Shown here: in pieces, positions 29,756-39,760 of the stretch | How the letters are laid out: the number at the start of each line of letters is the position of its first letter | How positions within the stretch are numbered: position 1 is the stretch's first letter | NCBI GenBank assembly: GCA_000991645.1 | Contig: LBRX01000002.1 | Location: 1-44,311 of the forward strand | Origin: Candidatus Moranbacteria bacterium GW2011_GWE2_36_40 | GTDB taxonomy: Bacteria; Patescibacteriota; Minisyncoccia; Moranbacterales; GWC2-37-73 | Reading direction: 5' to 3' | DNA: 44,311 nt | Program-made: the position numbers and the translations under genes | Notes under the pieces: model-generated | Told to the model about the DNA's origin: nothing | The model's database searches: none | The model's input: the letters and a program-made list of their open reading frames with translations, nothing else

Positions 29756-32215
29756 ATGAAAAGAATAAACTTATCACTTTCTGGTATGCACTGCGCGTCG
29801 TGTGCAATGTTAATTGAGCGAACATTGGGAAAAACGCCAGGTGTTCAAAAAGCCACCGTTAATTTTGCAGCTGAAAAAGTATTAATAGATTTTGATGAAA
29901 AGTTGACCGATCCGCAGAAATTGATTGCTGCTATAGTGAAGGGTGGATATGGTGCTCAGGAAATTGATGCTAAAGACAGTGAATTTGAAAAGAAAAAAAG
30001 AGACCATGAAGTCTCGGAATATTTTTCGAAATTTATTTTTAGCGCCTTGCTCAGTGCACCGATGTTGTATTTTATGTTAGGTGATTTTTTCAAATGGCTT
30101 CCTGGCGCAAAACCAGTTATGCCATATGTTGCAATGATATCCTTGTTGCTGACAATTCCGATACAGTTTTTTATTGGCAAAGGTTTTTATAAGGGTGCAT
30201 GGGCAGCGTTGAAAATGAAAACTTTCAACATGGATAGTTTGGTGGCAATTGGAACTTCAACCGCATTTTTATATAGTTTGATTAACTATATTTTGTTTGC
30301 AGTGAAAAATCATACAATATTTGGAATTGGCGGCGAAATGGTTCCAGATTTATATTTTGAAACTGCAGCCTATTTGATTACGTTTGTAATCTTGGGTAAG
30401 TGGTTGGAAATAAGAACAAAAGGAAAAACCTCTGATGCAATCAAGAAGTTGATGGGACTTCAAGCGAAAACTGCTCGTGTGATCCGCGATGGTCAAACAC
30501 TCGACATTGCTATTGATGATGTGATTCATGGTGATATTATTATTGTTCGTCCGGGAGAGAAAGTTCCAGTGGATGGAAAAATTACCAAGGGTTCTTCTGC
30601 TGTGGATGAATCTATGATTACTGGGGAAAGCTTGCCAGTGGAAAAAACTATCGGTAGTAATGTTGTTGGAGGAACAATCAATAAAACTGGAAGTTTTGAA
30701 TTTGAGGCTACAAAAATAGGATCAGAAACAACGTTGGCGCAGATTATTCGCTTGATTGAAGAAGCGCAAGGTTCGAAAGCACCAATTCAAAATTTTGCTG
30801 ATAGTATTTCTGCCTGGTTTGTGCCAGTAGTAATTATTTTAGCTATCTTAACATTTGGAGTATGGTATTTTGTTCTTGGTTCAACGTTAGCTTTCGCTCT
30901 GATGGCGTTCACATCGGTTATAGTAATCGCATGTCCATGTGCGCTTGGTTTGGCAACGCCAACCTCTCTTATGGTAGGAACGGGCAAAGGTGCTGAATAC
31001 GGAGTGCTTGTGAAGGGTGGAGAAGCCCTGGAGGCAGCCAGTAATATCTCAGCTGTAATTTTTGATAAGACGGGAACACTTACTCATGGAAAACCAGAGG
31101 TTACTGATATTCTTGTATTTAGCACGCAAGATGAGGATGAAATTTTGGCAATAGCTGCAAGTTTGGAAAAACTCTCAGAGCATCCATTGGCTGAAGCTAT
31201 TTGCAATCACGCAGACGAGGAAAATATTGATCTAAAAGAAGTTCAAAATTTCAACTCAATAACTGGACGAGGTGTACAAGGAGATATTGATGGAACAACA
31301 TATTTTATTGGAACGCGCAAGTTGATGATTGAAACTTTAAATTTGGAAAATAAAGAGATTGACCCTGTTAAATATGGTCCGCTTATGGCGGAATTTAACA
31401 GGGTAAACCGAAAAATGGTACGTCTAGAAGAACAGGGCAAGACCGCGATGATTTTGGCAACCAAAGAGGGAATAGTTGGAATCATTGCAGTTGCAGACAC
31501 TGTTAAAGAAACATCTCGCGAAGCGGTGGAAAAATTAAAGAAAATGGGAATAGAGGTATTCATGATAACAGGTGACAACAAAAGGACTGCAAATGCGATT
31601 GCCAAAATTGTAGGCATTGATGATGCTCATGTTCTTGCTGAAATATTACCTGAAGACAAAGCTAAAGTAGTAAAAGCTCTGCAGGATGGAAATATAAATA
31701 AATTCAATCCATTATTTCAAAATTCAAAATTCGAAATTCAAAATTTAGGAGTGAAGCGACGAGTGGCTATGGTTGGAGATGGCGTTAATGATGCTCCAGC
31801 ACTTGCTCAGGCCAATGTTGGAATTGCAATGGGATCAGGAACTGATGTTGCCATGGAAGCAGGCGACATTGTGATTATGAAAAGTGACCTCAATGACGTT
31901 GTTACTTCGTTTCAGCTTTCAAAAGAAACGATGTCGAAAATAAAACAAAATATGTTTTTTGCTTTGTTTTATAATGTGATTGGAATTCCGATTGCGGCTC
32001 GCGTGTTCTTTGCATTCGGATTAGTTTTGAAGCCAGAACTAGCAGGACTTGCGATGGCATTGAGTTCTATTTCAGTGGTTGGTAACTCATTGTTGCTTAA
32101 ACTTTTTAAACCAAATAAACGGAATTATATATCCTTGCTTGCACCGTTTGTGATGATGGCAGTGTTTACATACGGATTTATTTTGTTTGCACAGTTGAGC
32201 AGTAGCATGAAATAA
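29756..32215 (+). CDS. copA: Cu(I)-exporting P1B-type ATPase
   Basis: GMHCASC, TGES, CPC, DKTGT, SEHP, GDGVND, YN and MALSS transmembrane ligands. Confidence 0.93.
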   Translation: MKRINLSLSGMHCASCAMLIERTLGKTPGVQKATVNFAAEKVLIDFDEKLTDPQKLIAAIVKGGYGAQEIDAKDSEFEKKKRDHEVSEYFSKFIFSALLSAPMLYFMLGDFFKWLPGAKPVMPYVAMISLLLTIPIQFFIGKGFYKGAWAALKMKTFNMDSLVAIGTSTAFLYSLINYILFAVKNHTIFGIGGEMVPDLYFETAAYLITFVILGKWLEIRTKGKTSDAIKKLMGLQAKTARVIRDGQTLDIAIDDVIHGDIIIVRPGEKVPVDGKITKGSSAVDESMITGESLPVEKTIGSNVVGGTINKTGSFEFEATKIGSETTLAQIIRLIEEAQGSKAPIQNFADSISAWFVPVVIILAILTFGVWYFVLGSTLAFALMAFTSVIVIACPCALGLATPTSLMVGTGKGAEYGVLVKGGEALEAASNISAVIFDKTGTLTHGKPEVTDILVFSTQDEDEILAIAASLEKLSEHPLAEAICNHADEENIDLKEVQNFNSITGRGVQGDIDGTTYFIGTRKLMIETLNLENKEIDPVKYGPLMAEFNRVNRKMVRLEEQGKTAMILATKEGIVGIIAVADTVKETSREAVEKLKKMGIEVFMITGDNKRTANAIAKIVGIDDAHVLAEILPEDKAKVVKALQDGNINKFNPLFQNSKFEIQNLGVKRRVAMVGDGVNDAPALAQANVGIAMGSGTDVAMEAGDIVIMKSDLNDVVTSFQLSKETMSKIKQNMFFALFYNVIGIPIAARVFFAFGLVLKPELAGLAMALSSISVVGNSLLLKLFKPNKRNYISLLAPFVMMAVFTYGFILFAQLSSSMK
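31362..31407 (+). repeat. Family-A element in frame in copA
   Basis: Perfect 12-bp IR ACCCTGTTAAAT/ATTTAACAGGGT; read as [16 protein letters not shown]. Confidence 0.9.
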
Positions 32216-32240
32216 AATATCATTTAAAAAATAAATAAAT

Positions 32241-32273
32241 AATCAGGTCAATCTTTTGATTGATCTGATTTTT
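32241..32273 (+). terminator. copA terminator
   Basis: AATCAGGTCAATC TTTT GATTGATCTGATT TTT. Confidence 0.65.
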
Positions 32274-32368
32274 GTTACGTAATATATTACGTAACAAAAC
32301 TTGATATTTTTAGGTTATTTGCATTTAGATTGGTATCCTTTACATTTCACGTTTTTTCTGATATCATT

Positions 32369-32482
32369 CCCCGCAGTAGAAATTCGAACTTTTCTATGTA
32401 ATCAAAAATTTTTGTAGCAGCTAGGGTATAGTATTCATGCAGATTTTTATTAGATAATTTCGAATTTCACTGCATGGGTAAA
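32369..32482. mobile_element. MITE-like element related to family A
   Basis: CCCCGCAGTAGAAATTCGAA...TTCGAATTTCACTGCATGGGTAAA. Confidence 0.55.
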
Positions 32483-32527
32483 CTCTAGACAATTTTCAAT
32501 TTACAATTCATAAATTTTCAACATAAT

Positions 32528-35320
32528 ATGGCTTCCAAGAAAGATAATTTGAAAACAACTGGTGAAATAGTTATTAAAGGTGCGCGAGTTAATAATTTGA
32601 AGAATATTGACGTAAATATTCCACGGGATAAGTTTGTTGTTATTACTGGACTTTCTGGTTCAGGAAAATCTTCATTGGCATTTGATACTATTTATGCTGA
32701 AGGTAATCGTCGATATATGGAGGGTCTTTCAACTTATGCTAGGAATTTTCTTGATCCTCAGGCTAAGCCTGACGTGGATAAGATCGAAAATCTTTCACCC
32801 CCTATTTCTATTGATCAAAAAAGTATTTCTCGTTCTCCGCGCTCAACCGTTGGAACATTGACGGAGGTGTATGATTATTTGCGCATTATGTATGCAAAAA
32901 TAGGTGTGTTGCATTGTCCTGAATGTGGAACATCAATGCAGAAAAGAAGCAGCCAGGAAATCTTGGATGAAATCTTAACTTTCTCTCATCATACTCAGAT
33001 AGCATTTTTATCAAAACCCAAAGATAAAAACCAAGGCAAGGAACTCTTAAAACAAATTGCTCAAATGGGCTATGCTAGAGTTCGTTTTAATGGAAAAATG
33101 TTTACTGTTGCTGAATCAATGATGCTTGAGGAAAATTCATTTGAAACTGATATTGAGGTTGTTATTGACAGGATTGTTTTGGACAAAAAAAAGCCTGATA
33201 TTGAAAGGATGCTGGATTCAATTGAAACTGCAATGAAGATTGGAGGTGCTTCCATGAAACTTTTATTTGATAACACTGAAGAGAGAAGCTATAACCAAGA
33301 TTTTTTTTGTAGTAAATGTGGTATAAAAATAAAAGAAGTAACACCAAGACACTTTTCATTTAATAGTCCGGAGGGTGCATGTGATACCTGCGCTGGTCTT
33401 GGTTATACATTGAAGGTTAACGAAGAACTCATTATTCCAAATAAAAATCTTTCATTAATTGAAGGAGCAATTCAACCATGGAGTAAATCTGGAGGAAAAA
33501 TAAGTGGACAAAGTGTCCAGTTGTTGACATTGAAAGATGTTGCAAAAAAACACAAGTTTTCAATGAATGTGCCAGTTAAAAAATTGTCATCCCAACAACT
33601 TGCAATAGTGTTGTACGGTGGTAATGATTTTGAAGGTGTTATTCCTGCTTTGGAAAAGAAATATCGTGAAACAAAGTCTGATTATGTTCGAACAGAAATT
33701 GAAAAGTACATGACTGCGTACACATGTCCAGCTTGCGATGGTAAGCGTTTGAAAAAGGAATTTTTGGCAGTTGAGGTACAGGGAAAAACTATTGATGAAA
33801 TGGTCGGTTTGAGTATTATGCATCTTAGGGAATTTTTTAAAAATTTTGAAAATTGGACTATTGGTTCTCAAGAAAAAAGTGTTGCGCAACCAATTGTGCG
33901 TGAAGTTTTGCAGCGTCTTTTTGCCCTAGAAAATGTTGGTCTCGAATATTTAAATCTTGGAAGAAGTGCCCAAACAATTTCTGGAGGTGAGGCACAACGA
34001 ATTCGTTTGGCAGCACAACTCAACTCTCAGTTAATGGGAATTGTATATGTGTTGGATGAACCTTCAATTGGGCTTCATTCTCGTGACACGGAAAAATTGG
34101 TTGCAACAATTAAAGCGCTTCAAAGCATCGGCAATTCATTGATTGTTGTTGAGCATGACGAAAGTATTATTAAGGCAGCTGATTGGATTGTTGATATGGG
34201 TCCTGGAGCTGGTGAAGAAGGGGGAGTTGTCGTTTTTGAGGGAAACTATGATCAACTTTTAAAATCCAAAAACCTTACCGCTCAATATATTTCTAAAAAG
34301 AAAAAAGTTTCCGACAAGAAAAAAATAAGATCAGGTAGTGGAAAATTTATTGAAATTTTTGGAGCTGAAGAAAATAATTTAAAAAATGTTGATTTGGCTA
34401 TTCCATTGGATAAATTCGTTGTAATTTGCGGTGTTTCAGGCAGCGGAAAATCAACTTTGGTAAAAAATATTTTAGCTAAAGCGTTATCGCGACATTTTTA
34501 TAACACCAAGGATTTGCCAGGAAAACACAAAAAAATTAAGGGATTTGAACATATTAAAAAAGTTATCAGTATAAATCAAAATCCTATTGGTCGCACACCA
34601 CGCTCTAATGCTGCAACATACACAGGAGTTTTCTCTCATATTCGTGATCTTTTTGCTGAGGTTGAAGAAGCAAAAAACAGAGGATATACTGCTAGTCGCT
34701 TTTCTTTCAATATGAAGGGTGGACGTTGTGAAGTTTGTCAGGGAGATGGATCAAAGAAAATTGAAATGCATCTTTTGCCGGATATGTATGTGAAATGTGA
34801 AGCTTGTGGTGGAACAAGGTTTAGTAAAAAAACTTTGGAAATTGAATATAAAGGATTTAATATTGCTCAAATTTTAGATATGGATGTGCGTTTGGCACTT
34901 CGATTTTTTGCACGGCATCCGCTTATTGCAGAAAAATTGAAAACCATGGAAGATGTTGGTCTTGGATATTTGAAACTTGGACAAAGTGCCACAAATCTTT
35001 CTGGTGGAGAAGCACAGCGCATAAAATTGGCGACTGAACTGGCTCGTAAATCAACAGGAAGCACATTGTATATCTTGGATGAGCCAACCGCTGGCCTTCA
35101 TTTTGATGATATTCGCAGATTGCTTGGAGTTTTGAATGCATTGGTGGATAAAGGAAATTCTGTAATTGTTGTTGAACATAATTTGGATGTTATTCGTGAT
35201 GCTGATCATGTGATTGAGCTTGGGCCAGATGGTGGGGAGCTTGGTGGTTATCTTACTTTTGCCGGCACGCCAGATCAACTCAAAAAAGACAAGAAAAGTT
35301 GGACCGCGAAATACCTCTAA
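32528..35320 (+). CDS. uvrA: Second UvrA paralog
   Basis: Full-length, two ABC domains and Zn fingers; clearly diverged from the 22502 copy. Confidence 0.95.
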   Translation: MASKKDNLKTTGEIVIKGARVNNLKNIDVNIPRDKFVVITGLSGSGKSSLAFDTIYAEGNRRYMEGLSTYARNFLDPQAKPDVDKIENLSPPISIDQKSISRSPRSTVGTLTEVYDYLRIMYAKIGVLHCPECGTSMQKRSSQEILDEILTFSHHTQIAFLSKPKDKNQGKELLKQIAQMGYARVRFNGKMFTVAESMMLEENSFETDIEVVIDRIVLDKKKPDIERMLDSIETAMKIGGASMKLLFDNTEERSYNQDFFCSKCGIKIKEVTPRHFSFNSPEGACDTCAGLGYTLKVNEELIIPNKNLSLIEGAIQPWSKSGGKISGQSVQLLTLKDVAKKHKFSMNVPVKKLSSQQLAIVLYGGNDFEGVIPALEKKYRETKSDYVRTEIEKYMTAYTCPACDGKRLKKEFLAVEVQGKTIDEMVGLSIMHLREFFKNFENWTIGSQEKSVAQPIVREVLQRLFALENVGLEYLNLGRSAQTISGGEAQRIRLAAQLNSQLMGIVYVLDEPSIGLHSRDTEKLVATIKALQSIGNSLIVVEHDESIIKAADWIVDMGPGAGEEGGVVVFEGNYDQLLKSKNLTAQYISKKKKVSDKKKIRSGSGKFIEIFGAEENNLKNVDLAIPLDKFVVICGVSGSGKSTLVKNILAKALSRHFYNTKDLPGKHKKIKGFEHIKKVISINQNPIGRTPRSNAATYTGVFSHIRDLFAEVEEAKNRGYTASRFSFNMKGGRCEVCQGDGSKKIEMHLLPDMYVKCEACGGTRFSKKTLEIEYKGFNIAQILDMDVRLALRFFARHPLIAEKLKTMEDVGLGYLKLGQSATNLSGGEAQRIKLATELARKSTGSTLYILDEPTAGLHFDDIRRLLGVLNALVDKGNSVIVVEHNLDVIRDADHVIELGPDGGELGGYLTFAGTPDQLKKDKKSWTAKYL

Positions 35321-35445
35321 AAAATTGAGTGAAAATTTATTCGAATACATTTTTATTTTTGTCACGGAGAAATAATTGCAACTTTTGACATAGCGCCAAG
35401 GAGACTCATTTCTAGTGAAAAAATAAAAAGTATTCTCAAAATTTT

Positions 35446-35907
35446 CTACAATAATAAAAGTGTAATTGCACCGAGCGAGAAAATAATGTCATTAAGCACA
35501 TTTCGGAGTGTCCATGCTCGCTCAGGTGATCCATCGGCAAAGCGGCCGTGCACAAATTGATGAAATTCGTATATTTTTTCTAAGAATTTGAAATTAAGTT
35601 TCCAATAGAGTACTGTTAATAAATCGGGAAACATTGAGATGAGCGCACCTGTGATCATTGAGATGGAAATTGCGGATGATATATTTTTAGCATAAATTGC
35701 AACAAGAATAATCACACCGCCAACAAAAAGATCGAGAGTTACCTTCCAAGTTGTATTTTTGAAAGTTGATTTTTTGTTTAAATATTCTCCATGACGAAAA
35801 ATATCCAAGGCATAATGCAGGGGGATTAAGATAGTTGTTAAAACTAAGGGATTATGAATATATTTTCCAACAGCAGCGCCGACTAGCGCATGAGTAGTTA
35901 AAATCAT
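35446..35907 (-). CDS. Membrane protein, metal-dependent hydrolase-like
   Basis: THALVG, HYALD..H, FPD, H..VH motifs with TM segments. Confidence 0.65.
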   Translation of the reverse strand: MILTTHALVGAAVGKYIHNPLVLTTILIPLHYALDIFRHGEYLNKKSTFKNTTWKVTLDLFVGGVIILVAIYAKNISSAISISMITGALISMFPDLLTVLYWKLNFKFLEKIYEFHQFVHGRFADGSPERAWTLRNVLNDIIFSLGAITLLLL

Positions 35908-35919
35908 AAATTAAATTCA

Positions 35920-36017
35920 GAACCACTGATTAACACTTGATTATTTTGATTACACATGATTTTTAAATCAGTGAAATCATGTGATCTCATGTGATCTCAT
36001 GTGATAATCAATGGTTC
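35920..36017. repeat. Inverted repeat element with an internal 10-bp tandem repeat
   Basis: GAACCACTGATTA/TAATCAATGGTTC ends; TCATGTGATC repeated about three times. Confidence 0.7.
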
Positions 36018-36029
36018 AGATTATTAGGT

Positions 36030-36698
36030 ATGCAGGGAAAATTATTTATCGTCGCTACTCCAATTGGTAATCTTGAAGATATTACTATTCGAGCACTGCG
36101 CGTGCTCAAGGAGGCTGATATGGTGGCGTGTGAAGATACTAGAGTTACCAGAAAATTGCTTAATCATTATAACATAGAGACCAAGGCAATTGTATATCAT
36201 CAGCATACCAAGGATGATAAAATCGAAAAAATTATTGATGAAATTTTGGCTGGCAAAAATGTGGCAGTTGTTACTGATGCTGGCACGCCGGGCGTTTCTG
36301 ATCCTGGAAATATTTTAGTAGCCGAAGCCGTTGCTAACAATATTGTTGTTTTGCCAATTCCAGGAGCTTCAGCACTAGCTTCTGTTATAAGTATAGCTGG
36401 AATTGATATGCAGCAGTTTACATTTTTGGGTTTTCCTCCGCACAAAAAAGGACGAGAAACATATTTTAAAAAAGTGGCAGCAAGCGTTATCCCAGTCATT
36501 TATTATGAATCACCTCATCGTGTTATTAAAAATTTAACAATGCTTTTAGAATTTGCTCCCGAAAAAAAGATTATTCTCGGACGCGAACTAACTAAAATGT
36601 TTGAAGAAGTGGTGCGCGGAAACGTTTCAGAAGTGTTGGAATATTTTACAAAAAATCCTTCAAAAATAAAAGGGGAGTTTGTTATTGTTGTCCATTAA
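36030..36698 (+). CDS. rsmI: 16S rRNA C1402 2'-O-methyltransferase
   Basis: LFIVATPIGNLEDIT, CEDTR, DAGTPGVSDPG, YESPHR, RELTK, KGE; the track's upstream extension is repeat-derived. Confidence 0.97.
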   Translation: MQGKLFIVATPIGNLEDITIRALRVLKEADMVACEDTRVTRKLLNHYNIETKAIVYHQHTKDDKIEKIIDEILAGKNVAVVTDAGTPGVSDPGNILVAEAVANNIVVLPIPGASALASVISIAGIDMQQFTFLGFPPHKKGRETYFKKVAASVIPVIYYESPHRVIKNLTMLLEFAPEKKIILGRELTKMFEEVVRGNVSEVLEYFTKNPSKIKGEFVIVVH

Positions 36699-36721
36699 AG
36701 AAGTAACTATCATAATATTCG

Positions 36722-36746
36722 AAAAATCCCGCAAAAGCGGGTTTTT
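36722..36746 (+). terminator. rsmI terminator
   Basis: CCCGC AAAA GCGGG TTTTT. Confidence 0.7.
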
Positions 36747-36749
36747 CTA

Positions 36750-36777
36750 TTGCTCAAATCTAGCTAGCATGTATAAT
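36750..36777 (+). promoter_or_regulatory. argS promoter (leaderless geometry)
   Basis: TTGCTC-16-TATAAT-6 nt-ATG. Confidence 0.55.
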
Positions 36778-36783
36778 TAAGGT

Positions 36784-38459
36784 ATGAAGAAAAACATCCA
36801 AAAAATTATTAAAAGTGCCTTAACTGAGGCAAAAAAGTCCAATGGCTGGCCTGATTTTGAGTTGAATGAAATTATAGTGGACTACCCAAAAAGCGAGCAA
36901 TTTGGGGATTATACTTCAAATATTGCCATGATTCTAGCCAAGAAAATTGGTAAAAATCCAATGGAAACGGCAAATTATCTCAAGGAGATTATTTGTCGTC
37001 CTGAACTTGTTTCAGGATCCCGTGATGTTACGAATGGCGCGCAAAGCATAGAGATGCTGAAACAAGTTCAGCATGACATGACAGGGATTTTTGAAAAAAT
37101 AGAGGTGGCTCAGCCGGGATATCTTAATTTCTATCTTTCTAAAAAATATTTGCAAGATATTGTTGAAAAAATAAATACTGAGAAAGAGAAATTTGGAAAT
37201 TCTGAAGTTGGAAAAAATATTAAAATTAACAATGAGTTTATTTCTGCCAATCCGACCGGACCACTTCATCTTGGAAATGGACGTGGTGGATTTTATGGAG
37301 ATTCTCTTTCACGCGTTTTGCGAAAGGCTGGATTTGAGGTAACGAATGAATATTACGTTAATGATGCTGGTGGGCAAGTTGAAAAATTAGGGCATAGTGT
37401 TTTGAAAGACGAAGAGGCTTCATACACTGGAGAATATATTGATGAGCTTAATAAGAAGTATGCAAAGCTAAAAGATGTACGAGAGATTGGAAAAATTGCA
37501 GCTCGTGAAGTTTTGGAAAATATCATCAAAAAAACTACCAAAGAAAAAATGCAAATTTCTTTTGATGAATGGACAAGTGAACAAAAACTTAGTGATGAGG
37601 GATATGATAAGCGCGCTATTTCATTGCTCAAGGAAAAAGGATTAACCTATGAATCAGAAGGTGCGCTGTGGCTTAAGACTACTGACTTTGGTGATGATAA
37701 AGACAGGGTTTTAATTAAAAAAGATGGTAAAAATGCTTATATAGCTGGAGATTGTGGTTATATGCTCAATAAAATTGAAAGAGGGTATTCGCGATTAATT
37801 ATGGGACTTGGTGCTGATCATCACGGATATGTGTCGCGGCTTAAAGCAGTGGCGTTAGCGCTTGGATTTAATGAAGATTTTAGAATAATTATTTCACAAT
37901 TGGTTAGGTTGATAAAGGATGGTAAAGAAGCCCGCATGAGTAAACGCGCAGGAAATGTTATTAATCTTGATGATTTGATTGATGAAATAGGACACGATGT
38001 AACAATATTTTTCTTCTTGATGTATTCTCCTGATACTCATATGAATTTTGATTTGGGATTAGCAAAAGAGCGTAGTTCTAAAAATCCTGTTTTTTATGTG
38101 CAGTATGCACATGCGAGAATCGCCAGTATTCTTGCAAAGTCACAAATAACTAACAATCTACAACAAACAACAGAAAAAACAAAAAATTTGAATTTTGACC
38201 GTAGTAAGTCGTTAGTTGTTAGTTGTGGGTTATTGACTCATGAAAAGGAATTGAGTTTGAAAGTTATGAGGTTCACAAACTTCCGCAATATGCAATGAAA
38301 TTGGCTGACAAATTTCATAGTTTTTATGATGCATGTAAGGTTATTGATGAGAATAATGAAGAGTTAACAATCGCTAGACTTTCTTTGATAAATGCTGTTA
38401 GAATAGTGTTAGCTGAAGTCCTTGAGCTTATTGGGGTGGGTGCACCTTCTAAGATGTAA
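36784..38459 (+). CDS. argS: Arginine-tRNA ligase, frameshifted near 38259
   Basis: SANPTGPLHLGNGR, MSKRAG, YVQYAHAR; C-terminus ESYEVHKLPQY...FHSFY...APSKM* continues in the -1 frame (38259-38459). Confidence 0.93.
36994..37078. repeat. Family-C element in frame in argS
   Basis: TGTCGTCCTGAACTTGTTTCAGGATC...GATGCTGAAACAAGTTCAGCATGACA. Confidence 0.88.
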
Positions 38460-38498
38460 AATTAGCTTAAAAGGTGGTTTAAATTGAAAATTATGAGA

Positions 38499-38573
38499 AG
38501 TTAATTAGTTGCATAGGTAATTAGTTAGATAGGAATTCCTAATTAACTAATAAACTAATTAACCAATCAACTA
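38499..38573. repeat. Inverted octamer array (TAGTTGAT family)
   Basis: Same architecture, reverse orientation, directly before the GT4 ATG. Confidence 0.8.
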
Positions 38574-38578
38574 AATAT

Positions 38579-39760
38579 ATGAGAATTGGAATTGATGCAC
38601 GCTCGATTTTGAATCCTGAAAAAGGAGATGCTATTGGAGTTGGACACTACACTTATCAACTAATTCGTCATCTGCTCAAGATAGACAAGGAAAACGAATA
38701 TGTTATTTTCTTTGATTTTCGTGTTCGCGAAAAGGATGTTAAAAAATTTGCACAGCCAAATGTTAAGATAAAATTCTATCCTTTTTCTGATTATAAAAAA
38801 TATCTTCCAGGTGCTTATAGTGAAATTTTGGGTACTGCTACTTTGCAGAAAGAAAAATTGGATGTTCTTCATTCAACATCATCTTTTAATCGTATTCCGA
38901 TGAGTTATGGTGGAAAAGTTGCTGTGACTTTTCATGATATGTCCATGTTTAATATCCCGGAATATCTTTCTGCAATGAAAAGAACTCGCAACAAAGCAAT
39001 TGCAAGATTGATGGCAAAAAAGGCTGACAAAATAATTGCAGTTTCGAATTCCATTCAAGCTGATTTGCAGAAATTTCTTAATGTGTCATTGGAGAAAATA
39101 GATGTTATTTATAGTGGGTTGGATCATCGTTTTTTTGATGAATCAGAAATTGATGCTGGAAAAATATTGGTTAAATATGATATTACAAAAAAATATATTC
39201 TTTTTCTTGGAACCCTGGAACCTTCCAAAAATATCGCTAGACTCTTGGAGTCTTTTGCAAAATTTAAATTTACTCAAAAGAAAAAAAGTGGTGGAAAATT
39301 TGAATACCAATTAGTTTTGGCTGGTAAACGTGGTTGGCTTGCTCAAGAATATCAACAAATTATTAAAGACCTGGGACTTTCAAAGGATGTGGTTTTTACT
39401 GGTTATGTAATTGGTGATGAACTTGTTCCGCTTTTTAAGGGGGCAGAATTTTTTGTAATGCCATCTCTCTATGAAGGTTTTGGAATGACTGTTTTGGAAG
39501 CTTTTGCGACAAAAACACCAGCAATTATTTCCCAAGTTGCATCATTGCCTGAATTGGCAGGAGAAGCAGCTTATTATATTAATCCTTTGGATACTGTTGA
39601 AATGGCAAAGGCTTTTGAAGAATTTTCCTCAAATACTGAGTTGCGCCGTGAATATGTTGCCAGAGGCACAGAACAGGTTAAGAAATTCGATTGGGAAAAA
39701 ACTGCCCGTGAAACATTAGAAGTTTATAAACAATTAGCTGAAAAAAACAAAAATGTTTAA
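38579..39760 (+). CDS. Glycosyltransferase family 4
   Basis: MRIGIDAR, FLGTLEPSKN, PSLYEGFGMTVLEA. Confidence 0.92.
   Translation: MRIGIDARSILNPEKGDAIGVGHYTYQLIRHLLKIDKENEYVIFFDFRVREKDVKKFAQPNVKIKFYPFSDYKKYLPGAYSEILGTATLQKEKLDVLHSTSSFNRIPMSYGGKVAVTFHDMSMFNIPEYLSAMKRTRNKAIARLMAKKADKIIAVSNSIQADLQKFLNVSLEKIDVIYSGLDHRFFDESEIDAGKILVKYDITKKYILFLGTLEPSKNIARLLESFAKFKFTQKKKSGGKFEYQLVLAGKRGWLAQEYQQIIKDLGLSKDVVFTGYVIGDELVPLFKGAEFFVMPSLYEGFGMTVLEAFATKTPAIISQVASLPELAGEAAYYINPLDTVEMAKAFEEFSSNTELRREYVARGTEQVKKFDWEKTARETLEVYKQLAEKNKNV

Noticed and set aside
38251-38270. Programmed -1 frameshift in argS
   Set aside because: No X XXY YYZ site, and residues appear to be missing, so a deletion or assembly error is more likely.
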